A stretch of 64,000 nucleotides of DNA from Candidatus Moranbacteria bacterium UBA2282 (lineage in GTDB: Bacteria; Patescibacteriota; Minisyncoccia; Moranbacterales; UBA2206), in the NCBI GenBank assembly GCA_002345745.1, contig DDWQ01000011.1, positions 21,995 to 85,994 on the forward strand. The letters are read 5' to 3'. This document shows positions 9,853-18,324 of this stretch, piece after piece; the stretch's first letter is position 1, and each line of letters opens with the position of its first letter. Both the position numbers and the translations under genes were made by a program. The notes beneath the pieces were generated by a model. The model saw only the letters and a list, made by a program, of their open reading frames with translations. It had not been told where the DNA came from and did not search any database.

Positions 9853-11019
9853 TTGAATAATTCAAACAAAAAAAGAATAGCACTAAGTGGCGGCGCAGCG
9901 GCAGCGGAAGCTTTGAAACAGCTGGAACCGGATGTAATGGCGGTCTATCCGATTACCCCGCAAACCACGATTATCGAAACTTTTGCCAAATTCAAAGCAG
10001 ACGGCGAGGTTGCGACTGAGGTAATCGAGGTTGAGTCAGAACATTCAGCTATCTCAGCTTGCGTGGGGTCAAGTGCCGCTGGAGCACGCACAGTGACTGC
10101 TACGAGTTCACAAGGTTTGGCGTTGATGAATGAGATTTTATATATTGCTAGTGGAATGCGTCTGCCAATTTTGATGATTGTTTCTTCGCGTGCTTTGAGC
10201 GCACCACTGAACATTCACGGTGATCATTCTGATGTAATGGGCGCACGCGACACTGGTTGGATTCAAATTTTTTCTGAGAATGCGCAAGAGATTTATGATA
10301 ATACAATTATTGGTATGAAATTAGCGGAAAAAGTTAGATTTCCGGTGATGGCAATTATGGATGGTTTCAACACTTCGCATTGTGTTGAAAATCTGGAGAT
10401 TTTGCCGATTGAAAAAGTGCGAGAATTTGTCGGTGAATTTGTGCCAGAGCAATCATTATTGGATATTGAAAATCCTGTAACTTTTGGACCCGTAGCATTG
10501 CAAAATTCATATTTTGAATTTAAGGTCAATCAGGAAGAGGCGATGGATGATGTTGCGAATGAATATTTAAAAATCGCGAAAGAATTTGAGAAGTTGACTG
10601 GGCGAAAAAAGGATATTTTTGAAGCCTATCAAATTGAAGATGCCGAGCAAGTAATCATTTTGGCTGGTTCCACTGCGGGGACTGCTAAAGACGTAGTGGA
10701 TAATATGCGCGGTCAGGGCAAGAAGGTTGGACTGATTAAAATAAATCTATTCCGACCATTTCCGAGAAAAGAAATTATTGAAGCACTAAAAAATGTCCAA
10801 AGCATTGCAGTGATGGAGCGAGCAATTTCTTCAGGAACATATCCACCATTTTATCAAGATATTATGACAGGGTTGTTTCAATTTGGTGAGAAGAAAAATA
10901 TGCAATCAATCATATACAGTTTGGGTGGGTGCGATATTTTTGCGAAAGATATTGAACAAATTTTTAATGATTTGATTGCTAATAAAATTTCTAATGAAAT
11001 TAAATATATTGGAATATGA
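9853..11019 (+). CDS. porA: pyruvate:ferredoxin oxidoreductase alpha subunit
   Basis: IALSGGAAAAEAL...AVYPITPQT N-terminal consensus. The track ORF starts at 9697 and overlaps porD. TTG at 9853 (MNNSNKKRIALSGG...) gives a canonical PorA start. Confidence 0.8.
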   Translation: MNNSNKKRIALSGGAAAAEALKQLEPDVMAVYPITPQTTIIETFAKFKADGEVATEVIEVESEHSAISACVGSSAAGARTVTATSSQGLALMNEILYIASGMRLPILMIVSSRALSAPLNIHGDHSDVMGARDTGWIQIFSENAQEIYDNTIIGMKLAEKVRFPVMAIMDGFNTSHCVENLEILPIEKVREFVGEFVPEQSLLDIENPVTFGPVALQNSYFEFKVNQEEAMDDVANEYLKIAKEFEKLTGRKKDIFEAYQIEDAEQVIILAGSTAGTAKDVVDNMRGQGKKVGLIKINLFRPFPRKEIIEALKNVQSIAVMERAISSGTYPPFYQDIMTGLFQFGEKKNMQSIIYSLGGCDIFAKDIEQIFNDLIANKISNEIKYIGI

Positions 11020-11921
11020 ACAAAGAATTGACGAAAAATTTTGCATCTGGTCATAGTGCGTGTGCGGGCTGTGCTTTTCCGACAATTGTTCGGACGATTT
11101 TGGGTGAGTCGCCAGATCCAGTGGTCATTTCCAATGCCACAGGGTGCCTTGAAGTGACTTCGACGCTCTATCCATATTCGGCGTGGAAAACACCCTATAT
11201 TCACAGTGCCTTTGAAAATGCTTCCGCTACAATTTCGGGTGTGGAACGGGCGCATAAAATCTTGAGCAAAAAAGGCAAGGCGGCAAAGAAAATAAAATTT
11301 GTAGTCTTTGGTGGTGACGGCAGCACATACGACATCGGTCTGCAAAGCCTCTCGGGAGCATTGGAACGCGGACATGATTTTCTATATGTAGTCTATGATA
11401 ATGGCGGATATATGAACACTGGCAACCAGCGGTCCAGCGCGACGCCCTATGGTGCTGCCACAGAAACCACACCCACGGGCAAAGAATCTTTCGGCAAGGT
11501 GGAAATGCGAAAAAATATGATGGAGATTGTAAATGCGCATCACATCAAATATGCAGCGCAAGCTAATGTGGCATATTTGTCTGATTTGAAAAAGAAAGCT
11601 AAAAAAGCTTTTGAAACTGACGGACCAGTTTTTCTGAGTGTTTTTTCACCGTGCACGAACAATTGGAAGTTTCCAACATCGCAATATGTAAACATCGCTA
11701 AACTCGCCACTGAAACAAATTTTTGGCCACTCTATGAAATCGAGGATGGTAAATATAAAATTAATTGGGCGACAGAAAAACCGAAAGAATTGGAAGAATT
11801 TTTGAAAACTCAAGGGCGTTTCAAACATCTTTTTTCCGAGAAAAACGCGCCAGTTTTGGCAGAAATGAAAAAAATAGTCAAAGATGAATGGCAGTCATTG
11901 GTTAATAAAACGGAAGAATAG
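11016..11921 (+). CDS. porB: pyruvate:ferredoxin oxidoreductase beta subunit (TPP-binding)
   Basis: CAGCAFP Cys cluster and TPP motif GGDGSTYDIG...YDNGGYMNTGNQ. Overlaps the porA stop by 4 nt. Confidence 0.88.
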   Translation: MNKELTKNFASGHSACAGCAFPTIVRTILGESPDPVVISNATGCLEVTSTLYPYSAWKTPYIHSAFENASATISGVERAHKILSKKGKAAKKIKFVVFGGDGSTYDIGLQSLSGALERGHDFLYVVYDNGGYMNTGNQRSSATPYGAATETTPTGKESFGKVEMRKNMMEIVNAHHIKYAAQANVAYLSDLKKKAKKAFETDGPVFLSVFSPCTNNWKFPTSQYVNIAKLATETNFWPLYEIEDGKYKINWATEKPKELEEFLKTQGRFKHLFSEKNAPVLAEMKKIVKDEWQSLVNKTEE

Positions 11922-11947
11922 AATTTGGGGAAGTGATATATATGGGC

Positions 11948-12020
11948 GCCGATGTGGCTCAGTTGGTAGAGCAGCGCACTCGTAACGCGCAGGTCGTCGG
12001 TTCGATTCCGACCATCGGCT
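11948..12020 (+). tRNA. tRNA-Thr (anticodon CGT)
   Basis: Cloverleaf: acceptor GCCGATG/CATCGGC, D-arm GCTCAGTTGGTAGAGC, anticodon loop CTCGTAA, T-arm GTCGGTTCGATTCCGAC. Close to the E. coli thrW pattern. Confidence 0.85.
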
Positions 12021-12037
12021 CATAATTTTTTTAAGAA

Positions 12038-12784
12038 ATGGTAATTATGTTGGGTTTATTTCAAGATTTATTTTTCAATACGGAAACTCTGATTGCCACG
12101 CTAATCGGCTTTGTTGGAATTGCTGGAATGATATTATTTGTATCGTTGTATAAAATAAAAAATCCAATAACAAATCCTGTTGAGCTAAGTCAAAAAGATG
12201 CAACTGAATTGGAATGGAATTTGAATGCTGGTGAAAGGAAGATTATTAATAAAAAGATTATAATAAAATTATTTATTATAATAGTTCCAATTTTGTTTTT
12301 GTATCTTTTTTCTAAACGTTTAGAATTAGGAATTGACTCTAACAATCTTGCCATAGGATATCTGTTGTTTATTGCTGTGGTATTTGGACTAAGTTATTTA
12401 TTTATGGTTATCATTGCACCCAAAAATTTGCATTATAAATTGACAAATCAAGGGATAGTAGTGAATAGGGGCAATTCCGAAGGTTTTTTTACTTGGGATA
12501 ATTTTATTTATTTTTCTGGTAAATTTCAGGGCATATCACTGGATAATATAGATAGCGAGATACAAGATAGAAGCGTCATGAAACAGTTGAGGGATATTCG
12601 CGGGGAAATTTTTTATTTAAAATTTAACTCAAGAGGATTTTTTTCTAAGATAAATTTTATAGAGCGTATTTTAGTTATTTATACAAGGCCGGATAATTAT
12701 CAGAAGGTACATGCATTTTTAACGGATAAATTACCTCAAGAGCCAATTAAAAATTTAGGTTTTCAGAGTTATTATTTTAAATAA
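12038..12784 (+). CDS. hypothetical membrane protein
   Basis: Several predicted TM helices. No recognisable motif. tRNA-adjacent. Confidence 0.45.
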   Translation: MVIMLGLFQDLFFNTETLIATLIGFVGIAGMILFVSLYKIKNPITNPVELSQKDATELEWNLNAGERKIINKKIIIKLFIIIVPILFLYLFSKRLELGIDSNNLAIGYLLFIAVVFGLSYLFMVIIAPKNLHYKLTNQGIVVNRGNSEGFFTWDNFIYFSGKFQGISLDNIDSEIQDRSVMKQLRDIRGEIFYLKFNSRGFFSKINFIERILVIYTRPDNYQKVHAFLTDKLPQEPIKNLGFQSYYFK

Positions 12785-12960
12785 AAAAACATGAAAACGC
12801 GCATATGTATTTAATTTACATAATTTTTATAAAAAATAATATTTTTTATATCTAAAAAAAGAGTGCAGAGGAGAAGAAAAAAGATCTGGAGCATCTAAAA
12901 ATGGACGATTTGTTCTAATTTTTGGGAATAAGAATTTATTTTTAATGATTACAAAAGTAA

Positions 12961-13033
12961 GGTATAATAAAAAATAACATAACAAAACTATGAAAACATA
13001 CATTTGTGAAATCTGCGGGGATGCTTACATTGG
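12961..13033 (+). repeat. 73-bp perfect direct repeat, copy 1 (rubrerythrin promoter plus first 14 codons)
   Basis: Identical to 15136-15208. Contains a TATAAT -10 box and ATG-MKTYICEICGDAYIG. Confidence 0.9.
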
Positions 13034-13064
13034 AGATGGCACACTTCCGCCAGTGGGCGGATAA
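12990..13064 (+). pseudogene. truncated duplicate of the rubrerythrin 5' end (24 codons then stop)
   Basis: Translates MKTYICEICGDAYIGDGTLPPVGG*. The first 14 codons are identical to the intact gene at 15165. Confidence 0.7.
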
Positions 13065-13082
13065 ACTCCATGCGTAGGTCGT

Positions 13083-13104
13083 CCCTGCCTGCCGGCAGGC
13101 AGGG
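13083..13104. repeat. perfect 22-bp palindrome CCCTGCCTGCCGGCAGGCAGGG (intergenic copy)
   Basis: Direct reading. Lies 50 bp right of the 73-bp repeat copy 1. Confidence 0.85.
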
Positions 13105-13164
13105 GTTCGTTTCCGACAGGTGGCTCAGCATAAATCATAAAATAAGCAAGATTAAATTAAAAAA

Positions 13165-13506
13165 ATGAAAATTATTAAAGATGAAATTTCAATTGATGAG
13201 TTGCGAGAAATGTCAGGCAAGATGTTTGGTAATTTAGTCAAGGCAGTTGTTGATGTTGAGAAAAAGATTATGGCAGTAGATGCCGATTTGCATGCTGATG
13301 AAGAAGCTTTGCTTTTGGAAAATGGATCAGTACAAAAAAATTTGTGGGGTATTAATATGTACCCAGAACTAACAGGTGAGGATTTCGTAGAATTTGATTC
13401 TATGATAAACTTGCGTCCATCACAGGGCAATCGCAGTCGAGGAGTGGAGGATATTGAAATTCAAAAAGAAATTATAGTCATAGTTAACAAATTAGTGAAA
13501 AAATAG
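13165..13506 (+). CDS. conserved hypothetical protein (DUF-type, 113 aa)
   Basis: Clean ORF. The motif pattern WGINMYPEL...NLRPSQGNRSRGVED recalls an uncharacterised conserved family. Confidence 0.55.
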   Translation: MKIIKDEISIDELREMSGKMFGNLVKAVVDVEKKIMAVDADLHADEEALLLENGSVQKNLWGINMYPELTGEDFVEFDSMINLRPSQGNRSRGVEDIEIQKEIIVIVNKLVKK

Positions 13507-13839
13507 ATGGAAATACAACATAAAAATCTAGCCTCTGGTGGATGGCAAAAACTTTCTTTCTTTGAGCAAATGGCTAATATTGGGAGTGAGGTTGAGCGCA
13601 CAATTAAGTGGAAAAATAAAGGTAATGCTGAATATAGTCAAATGGCCTTTGATCGTGCATTAGAACTTTTGGATTTGACTGTCAGTATGGAAAAAAATAA
13701 AAGCCATCTCAAAGAATTGTTGCGCGCAAGAGAAGCACTGGCTGATTATTTTGTATTTGATAATGATTATCAATCAACGGATAAAAGCTGGCAAAATTAT
13801 TTTTATGCCTTTAACTTCGCGGCGAGAATAAATTTATAA
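13507..13839 (+). CDS. hypothetical protein (110 aa), translationally coupled to upstream ORF
   Basis: The ATG abuts the TAG of the previous ORF (TAGATG). No recognisable domain. Confidence 0.5.
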   Translation: MEIQHKNLASGGWQKLSFFEQMANIGSEVERTIKWKNKGNAEYSQMAFDRALELLDLTVSMEKNKSHLKELLRAREALADYFVFDNDYQSTDKSWQNYFYAFNFAARINL

Positions 13840-13856
13840 AAAATAATTTTTACAAA

Positions 13857-14018
13857 ATGAATGATGATAAAAAAATAATCGCTGAAATAGAAAAAATCTC
13901 CAAAGAATATTGGGAAAAGCTTGGTGAATTGAAAATGGAGCAAAATGAGGTAGTTCGTGAATATATTCTGAAATTGGAGGAAAAAAAGAAAGAGGAGTTA
14001 ATGAAAAAATTTGTTTAA
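13857..14018 (+). CDS. small charged/coiled hypothetical ORF (53 aa)
   Basis: ATG 13857 to TAA 14016-18. Not in the track. K/E-rich. Confidence 0.25.
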   Translation: MNDDKKIIAEIEKISKEYWEKLGELKMEQNEVVREYILKLEEKKKEELMKKFV

Positions 14019-14032
14019 TTATAGGAAATATT

Positions 14033-15142
14033 ATGTTTGAAGCAAAATCTGAAAATTCAAAAACAGAATCAGAAAAACCAAGGATTGAAAATGCAACTAA
14101 GGAAATTATCAGTCCAGAGTCTTTGGTAAAGCAAAAAATTTCTGAGATGCAGAATGGCACATTTGAACTGGAAAGAAATGGGCCGGAACGCATAGAAGGA
14201 GCTAAAAAATCGATTGGATTAAATGCTGAGGATGTAAAAAAGATACAGGATGAATTGCAAATAAATGAAAGGGTGTCTGGAATATCGGATAGAGCAAAAA
14301 AACTTTTTGAATTAGCACAATCGGCCATAAAAAAAGTTGTAGTGATTGGAATGGCGACGATGGCTTTTTCAGGCACAGCAGGAGGACATAATGAATTTAA
14401 TGATGAATTTACTATCAACTCTAATGCACTGGAAAGCATAAAAAATGATGCAGATAGAATAAAAAATGAAATTAAATCACATATAGGTAGCCAGGAATAC
14501 TTAGAGAAGTTGACAAAGGAAATGAATGGAGACAGGCAGGGGGCGGAAAATATACAAAAAGATCGCTTGAGCTATTTAGATAGTGTTGCGTCTTTTTTTG
14601 TAAATGATGTTAATCGTAGCTATGCGGCTGAAGTCTTAAGAATATCAGATAATCTTAATCCATCTATTCCTCAATGGCTGATTAAAATGATTGGCAATGA
14701 AGGTATGAAAGGTTTCTATAACTCCCTAGACCACAAAATTTTTTTAACTGATGGGAGTAATAATGAAACGGCTAGACATGAGTTTTTGCATGCTAGCACT
14801 AAAAGTAATTTTAGTATAACAAAAGAAGCAGGGAAAATTTTATCTGACTCATATAAGCCTCTTAAAAATGAAAATGATGAGTATTTTAGTAAATCTACAG
14901 AAAGATTAGTGCGCAAACAACAATTGGACCATGAAATGGAAGTGTTAGGAATTAAAAAATATGGTGAAAAATTTACACCAGAACATTATAGTAAGCTGAT
15001 GAAATTTTATAATGAGAAAAAGTTATCATCTGGTTCAAAGCAATTTATAAAGACTACAAAACCAGAATATTTTGAGAAGATTTTTAATGAAATAGCTGAT
15101 AATGAAGATAAAAGAGATGCAAGTAGCCACAATGTGGTATAA
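14033..15142 (+). CDS. hypothetical single-TM protein with HExxH motif (putative zinc-metallopeptidase-like)
   Basis: Central hydrophobic helix VVVIGMATMAFSGTAGG. ARHEFLHAS contains an HEFLH (HExxH) motif. No further family assignment is possible by eye. Confidence 0.5.
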   Translation: MFEAKSENSKTESEKPRIENATKEIISPESLVKQKISEMQNGTFELERNGPERIEGAKKSIGLNAEDVKKIQDELQINERVSGISDRAKKLFELAQSAIKKVVVIGMATMAFSGTAGGHNEFNDEFTINSNALESIKNDADRIKNEIKSHIGSQEYLEKLTKEMNGDRQGAENIQKDRLSYLDSVASFFVNDVNRSYAAEVLRISDNLNPSIPQWLIKMIGNEGMKGFYNSLDHKIFLTDGSNNETARHEFLHASTKSNFSITKEAGKILSDSYKPLKNENDEYFSKSTERLVRKQQLDHEMEVLGIKKYGEKFTPEHYSKLMKFYNEKKLSSGSKQFIKTTKPEYFEKIFNEIADNEDKRDASSHNVV

Positions 15143-15208
15143 TAAAAAATAACATAACAAAACTATGAAAACATACATTTGTGAAATCTGCGGGGATGCT
15201 TACATTGG
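15136..15208 (+). repeat. 73-bp perfect direct repeat, copy 2
   Basis: Identical to 12961-13033. Confidence 0.9.
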
Positions 15209-15683
15209 CGAAGAACGGCCAAGTGACTGTCCGTTTTGCGGGGCGGCGAAAAATTTTATTAAAGATGGTGTGGAAGCGCGACCATTTGTAAATCAGGTAA
15301 TTGAACTGTCAGAACTTTCCAGAAAAAATCTAGAAGAAACAGTGCAATTAGAATTGCACGCCAATGCCGTTTATCTGTGTATGGCGGGCAAAGCCAAGAC
15401 CTATGAAATCAAGGCAATGTATAAACGCATTGCTAAAGTTGAATTGGAGCACGCTAACATTGCTTGCAAGCTAATGAAGATTGCACTGCCGGCAGTTAAC
15501 CCAGAATTGTGTAGTGATGAGGACGCGGAAAATTTTGCAGAAACTATTAAGTTGGAAGAAAATGCCACAGCATTATATGCGAAATTTGCCAAAGAGGCGA
15601 CTGAGCAGGAAATTAAAATTATCTTCACCGCCCTGATGCAAATTGAAGCCAGTCACATAACGCTTATAAAAAATTATCTTTAA
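15165..15683 (+). CDS. reverse rubrerythrin (N-terminal rubredoxin-like CxxC...CxxC plus ferritin-like diiron domain)
   Basis: CEICGDAY...CPFCGA rubredoxin-type centre, followed by E...EHANIA / E..H helices typical of rubrerythrin. Confidence 0.8.
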   Translation: MKTYICEICGDAYIGEERPSDCPFCGAAKNFIKDGVEARPFVNQVIELSELSRKNLEETVQLELHANAVYLCMAGKAKTYEIKAMYKRIAKVELEHANIACKLMKIALPAVNPELCSDEDAENFAETIKLEENATALYAKFAKEATEQEIKIIFTALMQIEASHITLIKNYL

Positions 15684-15695
15684 GTCCATAAAAAA

Positions 15696-16448
15696 ATGTT
15701 AATAATCTGGAGTTATACCCTAATATCTGTAATTATCGTCAGTCTCATTTCCCTCGTGGGTGTTTTCACCTTTTCTATTAATCAAAAAAAATTAGAGCAG
15801 GCTCTGATTTATTTAGTCAGTTTGTCGGCTGGAACTCTCTTAGGTGATGCTTTTATTCATTTAATCCCAGAGGCGTATGAAAATGGAAATGATGGCTTAT
15901 TAATTGGGCTATATATTTTAGCTGGTATTATGTTTTTCTTTATCGTAGAAAAGTTTTTTCATTGGCGTCATTGCCATCAAGTTCCGTCGGCTCATCATCC
16001 GCATCCATTCTCCTATATTGTTCTGGCCGGAGACACGGTACATAATTTCATTGATGGGTTGATCATTGCATCTAGTTACTTAGTTAGCATCCCAGTGGGA
16101 ATTGCTACGACAATTGCAGTAATATTGCATGAAATACCGCAGGAAATTGGTGATTTTGGATCGCTAATCTATGGCGGGTTTTCTCGAGCAAAAGCCTTAC
16201 TTTTTAATTTTATAACTGGTCTGACTGCTGTTGCAGGTGCAATTGTTGTTCTGTCTATTAGCAATCTAAATATTACGGATATAAATAATTTCCTGATTCC
16301 ATTCGCCGCCGGAGGATTTATCTATATTGCTAGCTCTGATCTTATTCCGGAACTGCATAAAAATACTGAGCCAAAGAAATCACTTGGGCAGATAATTCTA
16401 TTTATGGTTGGAATTGGACTAATGATGTCATTGTTACTATTGGAATAA
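15696..16448 (+). CDS. ZIP family divalent metal transporter
   Basis: 8-TM pattern, a His-rich loop (HWRHCHQVPSAHHPHP) and the HEIPQEIGDFG ZIP signature. Confidence 0.85.
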   Translation: MLIIWSYTLISVIIVSLISLVGVFTFSINQKKLEQALIYLVSLSAGTLLGDAFIHLIPEAYENGNDGLLIGLYILAGIMFFFIVEKFFHWRHCHQVPSAHHPHPFSYIVLAGDTVHNFIDGLIIASSYLVSIPVGIATTIAVILHEIPQEIGDFGSLIYGGFSRAKALLFNFITGLTAVAGAIVVLSISNLNITDINNFLIPFAAGGFIYIASSDLIPELHKNTEPKKSLGQIILFMVGIGLMMSLLLLE

Positions 16449-16451
16449 ATT

Positions 16452-17544
16452 ATGCTTAAAGATATACAAGAAAAACTAAAAAACTTACAAGCTAAAATCG
16501 CTCTTCTGAGCGACTATCTTTGACTTGCCGACAAAAGTACAGACTATTACAGACTTAGAGCGGACTAGCGCAGAACCTGGATTTTGGGATGATAGTCAAA
16601 AGGCAGCTAAGACTATGCAAGAGCTGGAGGAATTGCGCAAAGAAATCGCGGATCTCAGTCGCATTGAAACGGAAATTGACGAACTTCTGGAATTAGCTGA
16701 AATTATTACCGAGGAAAGTCTTGAAACTGCAGAAGTCGAAGATCGAATTTCAGGACTAGAAAAAGAGATTGAAAAATTGGAATTTAAAATCCTGTTGGGC
16801 GGAGAATATGATCGCAATGATGTGATTATGGCAATCCACAGTGGGGCGGGTGGAGTGGATGCACAGGATTGGGCAGAGATGCTTTTGCGAATGTATTTGC
16901 GTTGGGCGGAAAAAAATAATTTTAAAACCAGAGTGCTGGATGAATCACGCGGAGCCGAAGCAGGCATCAAAAGCGTGACAGTGGAAATTTCCGGACCATA
17001 CGCTTTTGGCTATTTGAAAAGCGAAGCCGGTGTGCATCGCTTGGTGCGACTTTCCCCGTTCAATTCGGATAATCTGCGTCAAACTTCTTTTGCACTAGTA
17101 GAAATTTTGCCCGTCATTTCTGAAATAAAAGACGTAAAAATTGATCCGAAAGATTTGCGTGTGGATGTCTATCGGTCTTCTGGGGCGGGCGGACAAAGTG
17201 TGAACACCACTGACAGCGCGGTACGCATTACCCACATTCCAACTAATATTGTAGTGACTTGTCAGAATGAACGCAGTCAATTGCAAAACAAGGAACAAGC
17301 GATGAAAATTTTGCGAGCCAAACTGCATCAAGAATATCTAGCAGAAAAAGAGTCAGAAAAACAAAAACTGCGTGGAGAATTTACTTCAGTGGAATGGGGC
17401 AGTCAAATTCGTTCCTATGTAGTTCATCCCTATAAAATGGTCAAAGATCATCGCACAAAATATGAAACAACCAATGCGGAAGGCGTGCTAGATGGAGACC
17501 TCACAGAATTTATGGAAGCCTACTTGAAAAATATTGAAAAATAA
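16452..17544 (+). CDS. prfB: peptide chain release factor 2 with programmed +1 ribosomal frameshift (shift at 16518-16524)
   Basis: ORF0 MLKDIQEKLKNLQAKIALLSDYL ends at TGA inside the canonical CTT TGA C shift site. The +1 frame continues DLPTKVQ... through the GGQ motif (SGAGGQSVNTT) and SPF region. Confidence 0.9.
16518..16524 (+). other. RF2 autoregulatory +1 frameshift site CTT TGA C
   Basis: Exact match to the conserved prfB recoding heptamer. Confidence 0.85.
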
Positions 17545-17584
17545 TATAAAATATAAATGTGAGTAAGAGTTTTTATTTATAACT

Positions 17585-18316
17585 ATGACAATTAAAAAAA
17601 ATATAAATATTGAAGAAGAATCAAAAAAAACAATTCTATGTTTCGATGGCATTTGTAAGGTTTACAAAGGTGATTATCCTGCCTTGGATGACATTAATCT
17701 AGTTATTCGTGAAGGAGAGTTTGTTTCCATTGTCGGTCAGAGCGGATCTGGCAAATCAACGCTTTTGAAGTTGATTTATGCTGAAGAATCAGCCACTGGT
17801 GGAGAACTATATTTCAATGATGAGTTATTGAATAATCTAAGTAAAAGAAAACTACCATATCACAGACGAAGTATCGGGACTGTTTTTCAAGATTTTAAAT
17901 TATTACCAAAAAAGAATGTCTACGAAAATGTTGCTTATGCGCTAGAAGTTTCTGGTGTTTTGCAAGAGGAAATAGTTTCGGATGTTCCGCAAATCTTAGA
18001 TATTGTTGGCTTGAGTGAAAAAATGCGAAAATATCCGCATCAATTAAGTGGTGGTGAGCAACAAAAAGTAGCTATCGCCAGAGCTTTGGTGCATGCACCG
18101 ATGGTTATTATTGCTGATGAACCAACCGGAAATCTAGATCCAAAATCTTCTCTTGAAATAATTGAACTGCTGATGAAAATAAATTCCCTCGGAACAACAG
18201 TCATTCTCGCTAGTCATGACAAAGATATTGTTGATAAGGTAAACAGACGAGTGATTCGCTTGGACAACGGAAAGATTATAGTAGATTGTGCCAAAGGAAA
18301 ATATAAAAATTCATAA
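17585..18316 (+). CDS. ftsE: cell division ATP-binding protein FtsE
   Basis: Walker A GQSGSGKST, ABC signature LSGGEQQKVAIARAL and Walker B IIADEPTGNLD. Confidence 0.9.
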   Translation: MTIKKNINIEEESKKTILCFDGICKVYKGDYPALDDINLVIREGEFVSIVGQSGSGKSTLLKLIYAEESATGGELYFNDELLNNLSKRKLPYHRRSIGTVFQDFKLLPKKNVYENVAYALEVSGVLQEEIVSDVPQILDIVGLSEKMRKYPHQLSGGEQQKVAIARALVHAPMVIIADEPTGNLDPKSSLEIIELLMKINSLGTTVILASHDKDIVDKVNRRVIRLDNGKIIVDCAKGKYKNS

Positions 18317-18324
18317 AATAAAAT

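Noticed and set aside
12785-12960. Long AT-rich spacer after the membrane-protein gene, considered as a possible ncRNA
   Set aside because: It has no stable structure or conserved motif and is just promoter-proximal AT-rich DNA preceding the 73-bp repeat.
13040-13140. tRNA-like T-arm string GGGGTTCGTTTCC after the palindromic element
   Set aside because: No acceptor, D or anticodon stems can be formed. The loop lacks the conserved A58 position.
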